Below, in pieces: positions 39,387 through 40,366 of a DNA stretch of 40,366 nt. The notes under the pieces are model-generated. The model made no database searches, was not told the DNA's origin, and was given only the letters and a program-made list of their open reading frames with translations. Both the position numbers and the translations under genes were made by a program. This stretch comes from Gemmatimonadales bacterium (lineage in GTDB: Bacteria; Gemmatimonadota; Gemmatimonadetes; Gemmatimonadales; GWC2-71-9): assembly GCA_041577295.1 (NCBI GenBank), contig JBFGJG010000037.1, forward strand, positions 1 through 40,366, given 5' to 3'. How positions within the stretch are numbered: the first letter of the stretch is position 1; each line of letters opens with the position of its first letter.

Positions 39387-39446
39387 CCGTTTCCTTGCCC
39401 CGCCCGAGGTGCCCGGTTAGACTGCGGGCGCCGGTTGCATAGGTAT

Positions 39447-39519
39447 TCCGGAGTAGCTCAGCTGGTAGAGCAGACGGCTGTTAACCGTCGGGTCGTGGGT
39501 TCGAGTCCCACCTCCGGAG
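39447..39519 (+). tRNA. tRNA-Asn (GTT)
   Basis: Acceptor TCCGGAG/CTCCGGA, D arm GCTC-AGCTGGTA-GAGC, anticodon arm GACGG-CTGTTAA-CCGTC, T arm GTGGG-TTCGAGT-CCCAC. CCA is not encoded. Confidence 0.97.
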
Positions 39520-39531
39520 TTACGCAGACAA

Positions 39532-39553
39532 CGCTCGGTCGGCTGGCCGGGCG
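39532..39553 (+). terminator. GC-rich hairpin after the tRNA
   Basis: cgctcggtc-ggct-ggccgggcg pairs fully with G-U wobbles. There is no U tract, so terminator function is uncertain. Confidence 0.35.
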
Positions 39554-39597
39554 CCGTGTCCCTCCGTGAACGTCAACGTACCACGGCGGTGCACAGG

Positions 39598-39807
39598 ATG
39601 CTCCTCTGCAGGAAGTGTCACAGCGGCAGTGGCTGTACCAACGCCGAGTGGTGCGAGCGTAAGTTCACGTTCGGCCCTGTTTCATATGGGCTGTGTGACA
39701 TCTGCCACAACACGGATTTCACGGGGGCGAACGCTGATCAGCGTCAGGAGTGCGTGACGTGTACGTCCGGCGATTACTCCGAGCCACCGGACACGACTGA
39801 GTATTGA
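39598..39807 (+). CDS. Small Cys-rich hypothetical protein
   Basis: 69 aa with 8 Cys (CRKCH, CDICH, CVTC). Start uncertain (GTG 39556 is an alternative) and RBS weak. Confidence 0.45.
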   Translation: MLLCRKCHSGSGCTNAEWCERKFTFGPVSYGLCDICHNTDFTGANADQRQECVTCTSGDYSEPPDTTEY

Positions 39808-40189
39808 GCCCATGCGGCGGCATGAAGGCCTGCCTTCCTCCGTCTCACGAGACCCGCGACCGCTCCCATTGCCCGCCATTGCGGTCCGCGTCAGCGTCGC
39901 GTCGTGGCTGCAGGTGAGGGGCGGCGGAGAACACCCCTGACGCGTGCCGGCGACGGGCGCGCCCCGTCGGAAATCCACCTGCCCACACCATGTCTTTACG
40001 TGCGCGTAGTATCCGCAGACGCAGGATTCCGTTGCCCGGCCATCGCGGTCGGTGCCGCACTGCGAACGCAGGTCGCATTCCCGACAGCGTGGTGGACCGC
40101 CGTCCGACACCATCCCGGCGCGATCCAGTTTCAGTCGCGAGCGGTTCATTTTTGCCGGTGGGCGATGCGCCCGCAGCGGTTCACTCTGT

Positions 40190-40366
40190 TCATGGTGTTC
40201 TTTCCGTGGTGCGAAAATGAAGGGGGTCCCTGAGGTTCTGTAACGCGCGGTAATAGTAGAGCGGCGTCGGCCGCCTGCCCTGGAACTTCAGCCTCTTCAG
40301 AAAGTCGATTTCCTCCGCGGTCGCCGTGGCGCTGAGGGCCGGATCCTGAAGGAATCCCTTGAGCCC
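40190..40366 (-). CDS. C-terminal part of a hypothetical protein entering from the right edge
   Basis: Not in the ORF track. Manual translation GLKGFLQDPALSATATAEEIDFLKRLKFQGRRPTPLYYYRALQNLRDPLHFRTTERTP-stop has protein-like composition and GC3-rich codons. Confidence 0.65.
   Translation of the reverse strand, partial: GLKGFLQDPALSATATAEEIDFLKRLKFQGRRPTPLYYYRALQNLRDPLHFRTTERTP

Noticed and set aside
39682..40243. ORFs 39682..40149, 39845..40078, 39904..40233 and 39990..40220, or a structured ncRNA here
   Set aside because: The ORFs conflict with each other and have no motifs; I could not recognise any RNA family.
39520..40366. Prophage or integrative element at tRNA-Asn
   Set aside because: No integrase, att duplication or phage gene lies within the window; it remains only a possibility.

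Overview
GC-rich bacterial chromosomal segment, mostly housekeeping genes. The gene content and protein style suggest Gemmatimonadota (inference from recalled gene neighbourhoods, not a database search). Left to right: a minus-strand operon (DUF58, BatA/vWA protein, mfd, truncated PPIase-like lipoprotein); a divergent secreted DUF4384-like protein behind a sigma54-type promoter; an M28 peptidase; a tightly coupled run (lepA, ROK kinase, PfkB kinase, STAS-HATPase, STAS-wHTH, PLP lyase, ftsE, ftsX, envC, MerR-HTH/coiled coil, pcm, nfo); an alkaline phosphatase; a metal-uptake locus (His/Cys-rich RAPP leader ORF, outer-membrane protein, Zn/Mn-type binding protein, permease, no ATPase); rpiB with an extra N-terminal domain, maeB, pckA and an HD hydrolase; a convergent LPG-synthase-like, triple-FHA, PP2C, small-ORF unit; uvrA; a Wza-like protein; tRNA-Asn(GTT); and a possibly accessory tail with a Cys-rich mini-ORF. 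The best candidate novel system is the RAPP leader ORF, whose last codons are complementary to the ribosome-binding site of the downstream metal-uptake operon, suggesting metal-sensing ribosome-stalling attenuation. No CRISPR, transposase, integrase or rRNA was seen. Several start sites were moved from the ORF track using RBS, -10 box and overlap evidence.
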